The notes beneath the pieces were generated by a model, which made no database searches, was not told the origin of the DNA, and saw nothing but the letters and a program-made list of their open reading frames with translations. DNA of 64,000 bases, from the NCBI RefSeq assembly GCF_009914755.1, contig NC_060936.1. One strand, written 5' to 3'. Made by a program: the position numbers and the translations under genes. Positions 1 to 30,276 of the stretch are shown piece after piece. Origin of the DNA: the human T2T-CHM13v2.0 reference genome, Homo sapiens. Within the stretch, counting starts at the first letter, position 1, and each line of letters opens with the position of its first letter.

Positions 1-93
1 TTTTAGATGTAATTTATATAATTAATATATAATCATTTAACTTCAGTGAATGATTTTTTTTCTTATATATGGTCTATCCATTTTTACTGATAG

Positions 94-205
94 ACGGAAT
101 CAGCAGGAATTCAGCGTGCACAGATTCAGAAAGAACTTTGGCGAATTCAGGATGTCATGGAAGGGCTGAGTAAACATAAGCAGCAAAGAGGTACTACAGA
201 AATAG
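94..205 (+). CDS. PLEKHA5: PLEKHA5 coding exon (TESAGIQRAQIQKELWRIQDVMEGLSKHKQQRGTTEI-G), coiled-coil region
   Basis: tag| acceptor at 91-93, |gtaaat donor at 206; 112 nt open frame; QKELWRIQDV motif typical of PLEKHA5/6/7; ends in phase 1, matching the next exon. Confidence 0.95.
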
Positions 206-249
206 GTAAATTAGCTTTGCATTTTATTTTGTGACTGACCACAGTATTA

Positions 250-925
250 CAGTCATGTGTCGCTTGGTGACAGATTACATTCTGAGAAATGCATTGTTAG
301 GTGATTGTGTTGTACAATCAGAGTGTACTTAAACAAATCTAGTTGTATGGCCTACTACACACCTAGGCTATGTGGTATATAGCTTATTGCTCCCAGGTTG
401 CAAACCTGCACAGCATGTGACTGTACTGAATACTGTAGACAGTTGTAACACAATGTTATTTGTATATCTAAACATAGAAAAGGTAATGTGTTACACTCTG
501 ACATGAGGGCAACAACTAGGCAATAGATATTTCTCAGCTCTGGCTGGGCACAGTGGCTCACACCTGTAATCCCAGCATTTTGGGAGGCTGAGGTGGGCAG
601 ATCACCTGAGGTCAGGAGTTCAAGACCAGCTTGGCCAACGTGGTGAAACCCTGTCTCTACTAAAAATACAAAAAAAGCCAGGCATGGTGGCGCATGCCTG
701 TAGTCCCAAATACTCAGGAAGCTTAGACAGGAGAATCGCTTGAACCCGGGAGGTGGAGGTTGCAGTGAGCCAAGATCATGCCAGTGTGCTCCAGCATGGG
801 CAGCAGAGGGAAACTGTCCCAAAAAAAAAAAAAAAAATTTTCTCAGCTGCATTATAATCTTATGGGACCACTGTCGTATATGTAGTCTGTTGCTGACCAA
901 AACATTGGTATGTGGCACATGACTG
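250..925 (+). mobile_element. Tigger3-type (TcMar) DNA transposon fragment interrupted by an Alu (542-837)
   Basis: termini ta-CAGTCATG...CATGACTG; internal cctactacacacctaggcta / gtactgaatactgtag typical of Tigger3; Alu flanked by duplicated tttctcagct. Confidence 0.85.
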
Positions 926-1597
926 AATGTCTAAATGGAATGACATATATAATTGAGTTTCTTTTGTTATTTTAATGCATTTTTCTGAACAGGCACTCTT
1001 AACATTGAATCAGAGCACAGGTTTATAAAGTAAAAAGTGAAAGCTCTGTCAACCATACCTAAACAAAAATAATTATTGTCTTGTGTGTATAATTATAAAT
1101 ATCCACAATGTTTACACTTTAGAAGTTTTATCCCCACAACAAGAACTGGGATCATCCTATATCTATTTTTCAATAATTTGCTTTTTTCTCCATAACAATA
1201 CAGTGTAAGAATCCATTGTATAAGGGAACTGTAATATATTTATCCATTTCCATATTGATGGATAATGTATGTTGTTTCCAGAGTTTTTTATGAATGCTGT
1301 CATAAGCCATGCCATAGTGAACATTATTAATACATACAACTAAACACATATGTTAGTACTTAATGGATTTTAAAAGGTGAGAAATAAGCACATGTTTTCC
1401 ATTTGGATAACTGCGGCCAAAATGCCCTCCTGAAGGATTATTTCACATTATGTTAATACCAGTAATGTTTGAGAAAACCCATTTCCCCATACTCTTGTTT
1501 AAATATTTGTTGCCTTTTTAATGTAATTGCTTTCCAATTCTGAAAACAATAAGTGAATGATTAGAAACTGAAGACTTCATTTAAAATATGTGAAATC

Positions 1598-2559
<962 letters not shown>

Positions 2560-2612
2560 TTATAGTATTAGAAAGATATGTTTAATATAGTTACGTTTTC
2601 TAATATTCCCAG

Positions 2613-2659
2613 GTATGATAGGATCAAAGCCTTTCTCAACAGTTAAGTACAAAAATGAG
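2613..2659 (+). CDS. PLEKHA5: PLEKHA5 coding exon (G-MIGSKPFSTVKYKNE)
   Basis: ttcccag| acceptor, GAG|gtaagt donor; 47 nt, phase 1 to 0, continues the frame. Confidence 0.93.
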
Positions 2660-3128
2660 GTAAGTTTGGATTGTTTTTCTAATTATAAATTACTTTTAAT
2701 GCTTAAGAGATGAATTAGAAGTAATTGTCTTCTCTAATCTTAATAACAAAAATATTTTTTAAATATATTGAACAGATATTGTTTTAGTCTTGAAATTTTA
2801 TTGGATCAGTAATTTGGTGCTTCTAATATGTGATTTTTCTTCCCTTTTTTAATGCAAAAAAATGGAATCTCTGCTTTTTATCTGTTAGAATTTTAACGTT
2901 GTCATACTTTTTCTAATCTAAGTAATGTTTGAATACTTATCATTGTTTCTTATACTATGTAAAATTTATAGGATGATCGATAGATAAGTTGGTTGTATGT
3001 CATGCGTAGCATAAAGAAATTACAACTACAAAGAGATACTGTCAACCTAACCAAAAGAATCTATTATTTTGAATTTCGTATAAAAACCAAAGAGGTAACT
3101 TTTTTTTTTCCTCTCTTAAAAATTGGGG

Positions 3129-3415
3129 GGCCAGGTGCAGTGGCTCATGCCTGTAATCCCAGCACTTTAGGAGGCCAAGGCAGGAGGATGTCTTGAGCCC
3201 AGGAGTTTGAGACCAGCCTGGTAAACATAGCAAGACCCCCATCTCTAGAAAACATTGAAAAATTAGACGGGCATGGTGTGCCTGTGGTCCCAGCTACTCG
3301 GGAGGCTGAGCCAGGAGGATCCCTTGAGCCCAGGAGTTCAAAGGTGCAGTGAGCTATGTATGATCAAATCACTGCACTATAGCGAGACCCCATCTCTACC
3401 AAATAAATAAATAAG
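3129..3415 (+). mobile_element. Alu (AluJ-like)
   Basis: dimeric Alu with gaggat..ttgagcccaggag motifs. Confidence 0.85.
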
Positions 3416-3764
3416 ATAAATTGTGAAAATATAAGAATAGGATTTTAAAATCAGTTCTTTCCTTCTAGTTTTAAAATGAAACCCAGTAATTAGTTTTAAA
3501 TAGTAATCTCTTTCAATGTTGAGTTTCAGTGTGAAGCTAACCTATATGTTACAGGAAAGAATCAGATGTAATTATATGTTAAATTCCAATTATTGGCTAT
3601 GATAAAAAATTTTTGATTTTACTTTTCATTATTAGACTTTTGGCTTGGCAGTGTCCCTTTTAGTATCTTAAAGTAAATTTAAGTTAATATACCATTGCAA
3701 AGAATTTAGATATGCTTAATTCAATCTGCTTATCTAAATAAGGTGACTGTTCTACAATCTTTAG

Positions 3765-3953
3765 GAAGAGGAAGTAGTCCCACCTCGTCCTCCACTTCCT
3801 CGGTCCTATGACTTTACAGAGCAGCCTCCCATAATCCCCCCTCTGCCCAGTGATAGCAGCTCCTTGCTCTGTTATAGCAGGGGCCCAGTTCATCTGCCTG
3901 AAGAAAAGAAGATGTATCAAGTTCAAGGATATCCAAGAAATGGATCTCACTGT
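3765..3953 (+). CDS. PLEKHA5: PLEKHA5 alternative (cassette) exon, proline-rich (EEEVVPPRPPLPRSYDFTEQPPIIPPLPSDSSSLLCYSRGPVHLPEEKKMYQVQGYPRNGSHC)
   Basis: ctttag| acceptor, TGT|gtaagt donor; 189 nt = 63 codons, phase 0-0, no stop; the recalled short isoform reads ...KYKNE-GPDYRL..., i.e. skips it. Confidence 0.85.
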
Positions 3954-4653
3954 GTAAGTGGCTGGAATAGCCACAGAATAATCAATCCTACATGTCCTCT
4001 CATTTTTGAAAATTAATTTATTTTACACTCAAACTTTTTTTTTATTATAACCTTTATAACCTCATTTTTGGCCAGCAGTTTTTAGTTTATATATGACTTT
4101 ATCATTTGTGTCTTTCCTGTTTTGGTTTTGCTATTCTCATTTTTAATATTTTTATAATTTTAATATTTTATAATTTCATAGCATTTTTCATATTTTCATA
4201 AAGTGGTAACTTTTCCCATGATGAAGCAGCCGTATTTTAGATATACCATTTTAGGGTATTGGAGGCAAGATTATACCTTCAGATCAGAAAGAAGGGAGAA
4301 AGAAAAAGACCGTTACTAGGGATGGTAAAGGGGCTGGGATGTGGACATTTTGGTCTAGGAAAACTACTCAAAGATGTGGATGTTGCTAAGGAGAGATGTC
4401 ACCCCTGAAAATGGGAAATACGTTTAGGGTTAAGCAAATAATGTAGGATATAATAAGCAAAGAGAAAAAGGAAATTAGAATTGAGCTAATTTGAGAACAA
4501 CAAAATGTCTGTGACAGGAATTTTAGTGCTGGGATGGGCCTCACTTAGACTACCTTGTGAATGAAAATTTATTGAATTAATATAGTTATTTTTAGCCCTC
4601 AATTATTCCATCATAAAAATGTGACTTTGTTCCTAAGAGGAACAGAAATATTC

Positions 4654-4953
<300 letters not shown>

Positions 4954-5169
4954 AGAAATATTCTTAATATTAAAACGAAGTTTTGCCACTTAAAAATTTC
5001 TCAAATTTCTTCTTTCCACGTAATTGTGACATAGGTATTATTTGTGTTATATCCCAGATGGCTCACTAGGGCTACTAATGTTTAGAGTTTGATTTGTGTC
5101 TTTAGCAGTAAACATTTTAAAAGAAACTTTTAGCAGTTTTTTAGGGTAATTACATGTCTTCCTTTCAAG

Positions 5170-5290
5170 GGTCCAGATTATAGACTCTACAAGAGTGAAC
5201 CAGAGTTAACAACAGTGGCAGAAGTTGATGAATCTAATGGAGAAGAAAAATCAGAACCTGTTTCAGAGATAGAAACTTCAGTTGTTAAAG
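5170..5290 (+). CDS. PLEKHA5: PLEKHA5 coding exon (GPDYRLYKSEPELTTVAEVDESNGEEKSEPVSEIETSVVK-G)
   Basis: cttcctttcaag| acceptor, AAG|gtcagc donor; 121 nt, phase 0 to 1. Confidence 0.95.
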
Positions 5291-5396
5291 GTCAGCATTT
5301 GTAATATGTTTTACCTCTTGGTTTTTGTTTTTGAAGACAATTTACTGCCAAAATAGTAGTAAATTCCATTTACATGTTGACTCATATATGAGTCCA

Positions 5397-5820
<424 letters not shown>

Positions 5821-5825
5821 GAGTT

Positions 5826-6180
5826 TTCTTTTTTTTTTTTTCTGTTTCTGGTGGTTGTTTTTGTTGTTGTTGTTGTTGTTGTTGTTTGTGATGTGTTGTT
5901 GTGTGTGAGGTCTCACTCTGTCACCTGAGCTGCTGTACTGGAGCAAACATGGCTCACTGTAGCCTCGACCTCCCAGACTCGGTGATCCTCTCACTTCAGC
6001 CTTCCAAGTAGCTGGGACTACAGGCACACACCACCATACCCAACTAATTTTTTAAGTATTTGTAGAGACAAGGTCTTGCCGTGTTGCCTAAGCTGGTCTT
6101 GAACTCTGGGGATCAAGCATTCCTTCCACCTCAGCCTCCCAAGGTGTTGGGATTACAAGCATGTGCCACCACACCTGGAC
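5826..6180 (-). mobile_element. Alu (AluJ-like), antisense, tail converted to (GTT)n
   Basis: Alu reverse complement 5905-6180 preceded by T/(GTT)n tail. Confidence 0.85.
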
Positions 6181-6389
6181 AGGGTCTTTTCTGTGTGTGT
6201 GTTTAAAATTATGCATAAGGTATTAATGGCTGAAACAAATTTTCACACAATATCAACAAAGTAAATTCTAAAATAATATTTCTGTAATGTATACTCTGAT
6301 TTTTTTCTTAATGCTGGTCATTTTTCTAGAAGGCAATTGCGTAAAGAAAAGAGTAGAGAGAGAACTATCCTAGATTAAAAAGATAGATA

Positions 6390-6890
<501 letters not shown>

Positions 6891-7249
6891 CAGATAGATA
6901 TATCGCACTGTTTGAAACTTGATTGGACCATGGTTTAAAAGAAGAATCTCTAAAGTAGCACAATTAATGGAAATTTAAACATGTTCTAGATATTAGCTAA
7001 CAGTGTGATTGTGATATTGTGGTTGTGTAGTAGAATGTAGTATGTGAATTCTGAAACACTTAGGACAAAAGCATCTGCCACTTTTAAAGGATTCGCCAGA
7101 AAGAATGTGTATGTATTTATGCAGAGATAATGTAAGTGTGACAAAATGTAAAACTTTTTAGAAAAATAAGTGCTTATCATAACCCACTGGACTGATTTTT
7201 GTAATCTGCTAAAGGATCACTAAGTAAAGTTTGAAAAACATCAAAGTGA

Positions 7250-10527
<3,278 letters not shown>

Positions 10528-10648
10528 TGACTCTTTTTAAATAAATTTGCTTTCTGATTTTAAAAAGTGTCAGAAATTAAGTAAGCTAAAAGAAAGCAAT
10601 GCTGTATAAAAGATGTTTTGTAAAACTTACTGCTGTTTTAATTTTTAG

Positions 10649-10767
10649 GTTCCCACTTTCCTGTTGGAGTAGTCCCTCCAAGAGCAAAATCACCAACACC
10701 CGAATCTTCGACAATAGCTTCCTATGTAACCTTGAGGAAAACTAAGAAGATGATGGATCTAAGAACG
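10649..10767 (+). CDS. PLEKHA5: PLEKHA5 coding exon (G-SHFPVGVVPPRAKSPTPESSTIASYVTLRKTKKMMDLRT)
   Basis: atttttag| acceptor, ACG|gtattt donor; 119 nt, phase 1 to 0; IASYVTLR motif shared with PLEKHA7-type proteins. Confidence 0.95.
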
Positions 10768-10786
10768 GTATTTAACTGGAAATTAA

Positions 10787-11224
<438 letters not shown>

Positions 11225-11232
11225 GATCTTAG

Positions 11233-14726
<3,494 letters not shown>

Positions 14727-15001
14727 TAAGCCAAAAAAATATTTTCTATTCCTCTTTTCTCTCTCCTCCCTTATAATATCGTCTCTTTTTCTTTCTGTTA
14801 TTGAGCATACATCACCAATTACTAGTTAAGGATCAAATAGCAATTTCATGTGCCTTTCTGGTGATATCTAAATGACATTCAAAACCTCTTCTTGTGATTT
14901 TGAAAACAAAATAAATAAATGCACTTTACAACATTTTTTATTCCATCATACTTTTCAGAAGTTTTCATTTATGTATTGATATGTTCATTTTTACATTGAA
15001 G

Positions 15002-15211
15002 GAAAGACCAAGAAGTGCAGTGGAACAGCTCTGTTTGGCTGAAAGTACTCGACCAAGGATGACTGTGGAAGAGCAAATGGAAAGAATAAGAAGACATCAA
15101 CAAGCGTGCCTGAGGGAGAAGAAAAAAGGGTTAAATGTTATCGGTGCTTCAGACCAGTCACCCTTACAAAGCCCTTCAAATTTAAGGGATAATCCATTTA
15201 GGACTACTCAG
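15002..15211 (+). CDS. PLEKHA5: PLEKHA5 coding exon (ERPRSAVEQLCLAESTRPRMTVEEQMERIRRHQQACLREKKKGLNVIGASDQSPLQSPSNLRDNPFRTTQ)
   Basis: aag| acceptor, CAG|gtatat donor; 210 nt, phase 0-0; matches ORF 14981..15298; family motif RPRMTVEEQMERIRRHQ. Confidence 0.96.
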
Positions 15212-16185
15212 GTATATGAATTGCATTTGATTATTATTTTGTGTAAATCTAGTATCACTGAATTTTGGAATCAGAGTTACATGATTGATAGGTCTTAAAA
15301 GGTCTGCAGTATGGATACTTATTTTATATTATTTAATTCTCCTAATAATAAGCTAAGACAGCTAAGTAAAATGTAAATAACCCTGAGTTCAAGAGACCAG
15401 AGCTAAACTACATGTTGGATGCCCGTGGACTAGTTGTGGACTTAATGTCTTCAACTTTACAGTGATGATACAGCTGCCCAGACTCCTTAGAGACACTAAG
15501 AAAATAAAAGGGTTTTCAACAAATGTAAAATGCTATGCAGGTTACCAAGATAGTCCCCAATTCCCCTCTCAATAAAATATGTATTGCTCTGTGTCCTGAT
15601 TTAACATGACCTAAATTGTAGCAGGAGAGAGCTTCTAAATAAAGTTCCAAGTGTGCTGTCCATCACCTCTCAACTTCAGGCTTATAAAGTGATGCCATTT
15701 TGTTTCTTTTTGTTTTTTGCCCCTCTTTATAAATTCAGAGACAGCAGCCTAGCCAACCTGTTCAGTAGCTTCTGTCTGGTCTTTCCCTGTTTGTAGACAC
15801 TTGTCACCTAGCAATAGTATCTTAAAAGTTTGTCTATAATGGCATAAACTGAATGCATCAGCTGAACATGCTTTCCTGTCCTAATGAATATCCCCTCTTT
15901 CCACCGAATCAAGTGCAGGCATTGCTAATGGAGACTAAACAAAGCAACAGTTTGAATTGTGGCACATTCTGCAAATTACAAAATGAATGGTTTTTTTTAA
16001 AAGAGTTGAGAAAAATGTGTGGAATAGTGCTATATATATAAATTTTCTTTGTTAGTTTTCATAGGAAAACTTCTTCATGAGTGGAGATCCAGCTTTGTTC
16101 TATTTTGAGAATTAACAGGCACTATTTATAAAATATACATGCATGCACAGTATGAGTATAAAAATGCTATATGTCTTTTGAGCAG

Positions 16186-16320
16186 ACTCGAAGGAGGGAT
16201 GATAAGGAACTGGACACTGCCATTAGAGAAAATGATGTAAAGCCAGACCATGAAACTCCTGCAACAGAAATTGTTCAACTAAAAGAAACCGAACCCCAAA
16301 ATGTGGACTTCAGCAAAGAG
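16186..16320 (+). CDS. PLEKHA5: PLEKHA5 coding exon (TRRRDDKELDTAIRENDVKPDHETPATEIVQLKETEPQNVDFSKE)
   Basis: gagcag| acceptor, GAG|gtagcg donor; 135 nt, phase 0-0; matches ORF 16171..16368. Confidence 0.95.
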
Positions 16321-16455
16321 GTAGCGAGATTATTTTATGAAAGGTATTCCAAAGGAATAGATTTGTGAAGATTAAATCAAGTGGTAAGGTTGAAAATAAA
16401 GTATGTTTCTTTCAGTCACAGAGTCCATAGAGCTAAATGAAAAAATAAGCTTTCT

Positions 16456-18256
<1,801 letters not shown>

Positions 18257-18355
18257 GTGATTGTTCAATAAACTTTATTTTGGAATTATTTTAGATATGC
18301 TAATCTAATGTGATAAGAATTCTTTGAAAAGAAAATTTTTCTTTTTATTCTACAG

Positions 18356-18480
18356 TTAAAAAAAACTGAAAACATTTCATATGAAATGCTTTTTGAACCT
18401 GAGCCAAATGGAGTAAATTCTGTGGAAATGATGGATAAAGAAAGAAACAAAGACAAAATGCCTGAGGATGTTACATTCAG
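18356..18480 (+). CDS. PLEKHA5: PLEKHA5 coding exon (LKKTENISYEMLFEPEPNGVNSVEMMDKERNKDKMPEDVTF-S)
   Basis: strong polypyrimidine tract + tacag| acceptor, CAG|gtaata donor; 125 nt, phase 0 to 2. Confidence 0.95.
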
Positions 18481-18544
18481 GTAATATTTAAGAAAAGCAA
18501 AGGAATCATTCACAAAACTGTGTAACTGCTTAAAAATGGTGAAC

Positions 18545-19535
<991 letters not shown>

Positions 19536-19624
19536 AATTTTAAAAAGAGAGATAAATACCTTAAAAAAAAAAAGTCAAAAGGCATATAAGCTGTAGCAGA
19601 GTAAGCAATTCATCACTGCCTATG

Positions 19625-19797
19625 CAGTCGGCCCTCCATATTCATGGATTTATGCCTTTACAGTCGGCCCTCCATATCCATGGATTCCGAACCCATGGAT
19701 CTGGAGGGCCAACTGTACTATGCCATTTGATATAAGGGACTGGAGCATCTGCAGATTTTGCTATCTGTGGGGGGGCCCTGAAATCAGTCTTCCCAGG
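19625..19797 (+). mobile_element. MER2/MER2B-like Tigger MITE remnant with duplicated TIR
   Basis: CAGTCGGCCCTCCATATCCATGG TIR twice, inverted copy ending gagggccaactg-ta, then gccatttgatataagggacttggagcatctgcagatttt. Confidence 0.75.
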
Positions 19798-19885
19798 TAA
19801 TGATTGACATTGGTCAAAATTCTAAGCTGTCTCATAAGAGTTCCAGAAATTATGGTGATTTTCTTTTTTCTTTTAGCTATATTTC

Positions 19886-22155
<2,270 letters not shown>

Positions 22156-22735
22156 CTTATAACTTTATAGAAAATCCTGAGGGATACAATCATCAGAATC
22201 CAGAATGTGATAAACTATATAGGACAGATAGACCAAGTTCTTTTACATATAAATGGCAAAGAATAAAAGGGATCTGGGGCAGTTTGTTTTGGATTAAAGT
22301 AGACTTTAAGGAATTTGTCAGGCAATATATGGACCTTGTTTGGATCCTGATTCTAATTCTAAAATGACATTATGAGGCACCAGGAAAATTTAAGCACTGA
22401 CTGGATATTTGATGGCATTAACATATTAAAAATATGTTCTGAAGTACTTACAAATTAAATATCATATGTAGAATCTGCTTTAAATGGTTTAGGGAGCAAG
22501 GATTTTAGGGCTTAGATGAAGCAAGATTGGCAAACCAAGTAATTATTGAAATGAATATACAGGTTTATTATTTGCTCTAATTCTTTTGTTTGAAACTTTC
22601 AAAAGAAAGAAAAGATTAATTGTAAGAAAATGTTCGTTGTTAAACATAGGTGGTGGCATCTTTTATAACAAAAAAAAGAAAAATTAATTGTATTCTATAG
22701 TGACAAATTTTTAAATACCAATCTATTTTCATCAG

Positions 22736-22881
22736 CCCTCAAGATGAAACACAGACCGCAAATCATAAACCAGAAGAGCATCCTGAAGAAAATACAAAGA
22801 ACAGTGTTGACGAACAGGAAGAAACTGTTATTTCTTACGAATCAACTCCTGAGGTTTCTAGAGGAAATCAAACAATGGCAG
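22736..22881 (+). CDS. PLEKHA5: PLEKHA5 coding exon (S-PQDETQTANHKPEEHPEENTKNSVDEQEETVISYESTPEVSRGNQTMA-V)
   Basis: ttttcatcag| acceptor, CAG|gtaggt donor; 146 nt, phase 2 to 1. Confidence 0.95.
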
Positions 22882-23145
22882 GTAGGTAGTATACACTTCA
22901 TAATTTTCTACCTGGTGCTTCCTCTGAACTTCTAAATTTATTTTCCATGGGGAGATTCTAAGAAGGGAATCGCTTAAGTACCTTGACTACAGATGAGTCA
23001 ACGTTTGCCTCCCCAAGTGTACCTTCAGGAGGATGCAGCCCCTGCCAGAGTCTACCCTGGCAGAGGGATCAACACATTGGCTTTGGTTTTGCTTTTTCCT
23101 TTCGATTTTAACACATAGAGTAAACTTTTTCTAATAAAATCTTTT

Positions 23146-26300
<3,155 letters not shown>

Positions 26301-26466
26301 TTTTAATTATTTAAAAAGAAAAAGAAAATCACAATAGAACCAAATGTATCTATTACTTCCTTCTCAAAACATGTTCTAATTTTTGTGGGATTACAGCATC
26401 AGGATTTACTTCTCCAAATGTGTCTTAAAGATTTTTATCTTCTCCCATTTTCTTTGTGTGTTTTAG

Positions 26467-26561
26467 TGAAAAGTCTGTCCCCATCTCCTGAGTCCTCGGC
26501 ATCGCCAGTTCCATCCACTCAGCCGCAGCTCACAGAAGGATCACATTTCATGTGTGTGTAG
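26467..26561 (+). CDS. PLEKHA5: PLEKHA5 last coding segment (V-KSLSPSPESSASPVPSTQPQLTEGSHFMCV-stop); exon continues 11 nt of UTR to 26572
   Basis: ttttag| acceptor; TAG at 26559-26561; C-terminus matches recalled PLEKHA5 end with a hydrophobic PDZ-binding-type tail; donor GAA|gtacgt at 26572/26573. Confidence 0.95.
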
Positions 26562-27398
26562 TCTTAGAAGAAGTACGTCATTTCCCTTTGCATTTGTGCT
26601 TTAGTTTTTTACTTGAATTTTATGACTTATCTGTTGGTTTAGTGAATCAAAACTGGGATTAGTTCTGGACTGTACATAGGGATAGTTGGCAGAACAAGTA
26701 GGCATATCTTGGAACCAGGGTTGGTAACAGATTGCTAACATTGGCTCCTCTGATGATTTGCTGTGTGACAGCATTTTCTTTGTCTCTTATTTCATCATCC
26801 AGAAAAACAACAAAATTTGGAGGGTATGGCCTGTGCCAAGACTTGCAGTGTTGTGCAGCTGTGCTTCTACTTAATGTTCCTTTCCATAGCGACCTGAGAA
26901 TTCTGTTTAAGTCATTACACGTTGACTATGTAATGCTTTTTACAGTTAGGGTGACATGTCTGCCCACTGGGAGTTTGCTAATTATTGTAAATGACAATGA
27001 AATGTTTATGGTACAGCCAACTTGATGGAATATTAAAATCTTTAATGTCTATCTGATATTATTTCTAAGTAATTGAATTCTATTAAGTCAGGGAGGTAAT
27101 TACTAAAACCATGGATGGTATCAGGGAGAAGAAGGAATCCTTTCTTGAACAATGTTCCTTAGAGCACAGATTTATAATTGAGAATAGTTTCCTGAATTCT
27201 TACTTTTAAACTTTCTAGACAATTGCTAATTTTAACCTAGAATTTAGTACTTATAGCGTACTCTAAAAGTTTTTTAACTTTTTATAAAAGCTCTGGTGTA
27301 GAGTAAGAATGTTATGCCTTTTTCTGCATTTTCTTTCTCACAGCATCTACCATATCTAGTAAGTTTGGTGCTTTAGGATTACCACCATTTTCTGCTGA

Positions 27399-27689
<291 letters not shown>

Positions 27690-28099
27690 TGAATTCAAGC
27701 TACCCTCCCACTGCATGAGCCACTGTGCCTAGCCTCTTTGATTTTCACATTCTCAAAATATTTCTTTTATTTTCTCTCCTTTTTTTTTTTTTTTCGAGGC
27801 AAGGTCTTACTCTGTCACCCAGGCTGGAGTGCAGTGGTGCAAGATCATGGCTCAATGGCTCACTGAAGGCTGACCTCCCAGGCTCAAGCAATCCTCCCAC
27901 CTCAGCCCCCTGAGTAGCTGGGACTACAGGTGTATGCCACCATGCCAGGCTAATTGTTTTGCAGAGATGGAGTTTTCACCATGTTGCCCAGGCTGATCTC
28001 AAGCTCCTGAGCTCAAGTGATCTGTCCGCCTCAGCCTCCCAAAGTGCTGAGATTACAGGTGTGAGCCACCACACCCAGCCTTTTTTCTTCCTTTTCAAG

Positions 28100-29270
<1,171 letters not shown>

Positions 29271-30024
29271 TGTTTTCTGGAATCTACTTCCTTTCACACC
29301 TTATTGTAGGAACTATAATCTGTGCCCTTTTTTTCAGCCCAAAGTATTTTGTTGTCTTTTCATATTTGTAACTTTTATTTGAGATTATGTCTACCTGGAA
29401 CCTCAAAGAGGCTTCTGTTTTTGTCAGTTGGTATCTGTGCAGGACTGAAGTGCTTGCTGGAGAGTTACAAATAACCTAACTGTGATAGTCTTACCTGTGT
29501 TCTGCCTTTGTCACTTGTGTTTAAGCCTTTTTTCTTTTTTCTTTTTTCTTTTTTTTTTTTTTGTTGAGACCAGGTCTCACCCTGTCACCCACACTGGAGT
29601 GCAATGGTGAGATCTTGGAGCCTTGCCCTCCTGGGCTTAAGTGATCCTCCCACGACAGCCTCCCAAGTAGCTGGGACCACACGCCTGTGCCACCAAGCCT
29701 GGCTGATTTTTTTGTATTTTTTGTAGAGTAGGGGTTTCACCGTGTTGCCCAGGCTGGTCTCAAACTCCTGAGCTCAAGCGCTCTGCCCGCCTCAATCTCC
29801 CAAAGTGCTGAGATTACAAGATTGAGCCACCACGCCTGGCTATGTTTAAACTTTTAATTTAATATGTTTAGAAATGACTGTTGAGGCCAGGTGCGGTAAT
29901 GCCAGCACTTTGGGAGGCCAGGGCTGGTGGATCACTTGAGGTCGGGAGTTCAGGACCAGCCTGGCCAACATGGTAAAACCCCATCTCTACTTAAAAATAC
30001 AAAAATTAGCTGGGCATGGTGTCA

Positions 30025-30276
<252 letters not shown>

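Noticed and set aside
3684-3974. Minus-strand ORFs overlapping exons (also 18286..18555) and alternative-frame ORF 22744..22935
   Set aside because: Shadow frames of PLEKHA5 exons, with no independent support
26547-26561. C-terminal FMCV as a CaaX prenylation motif
   Set aside because: Cys is penultimate, not fourth from the end; fits a PDZ-binding tail instead
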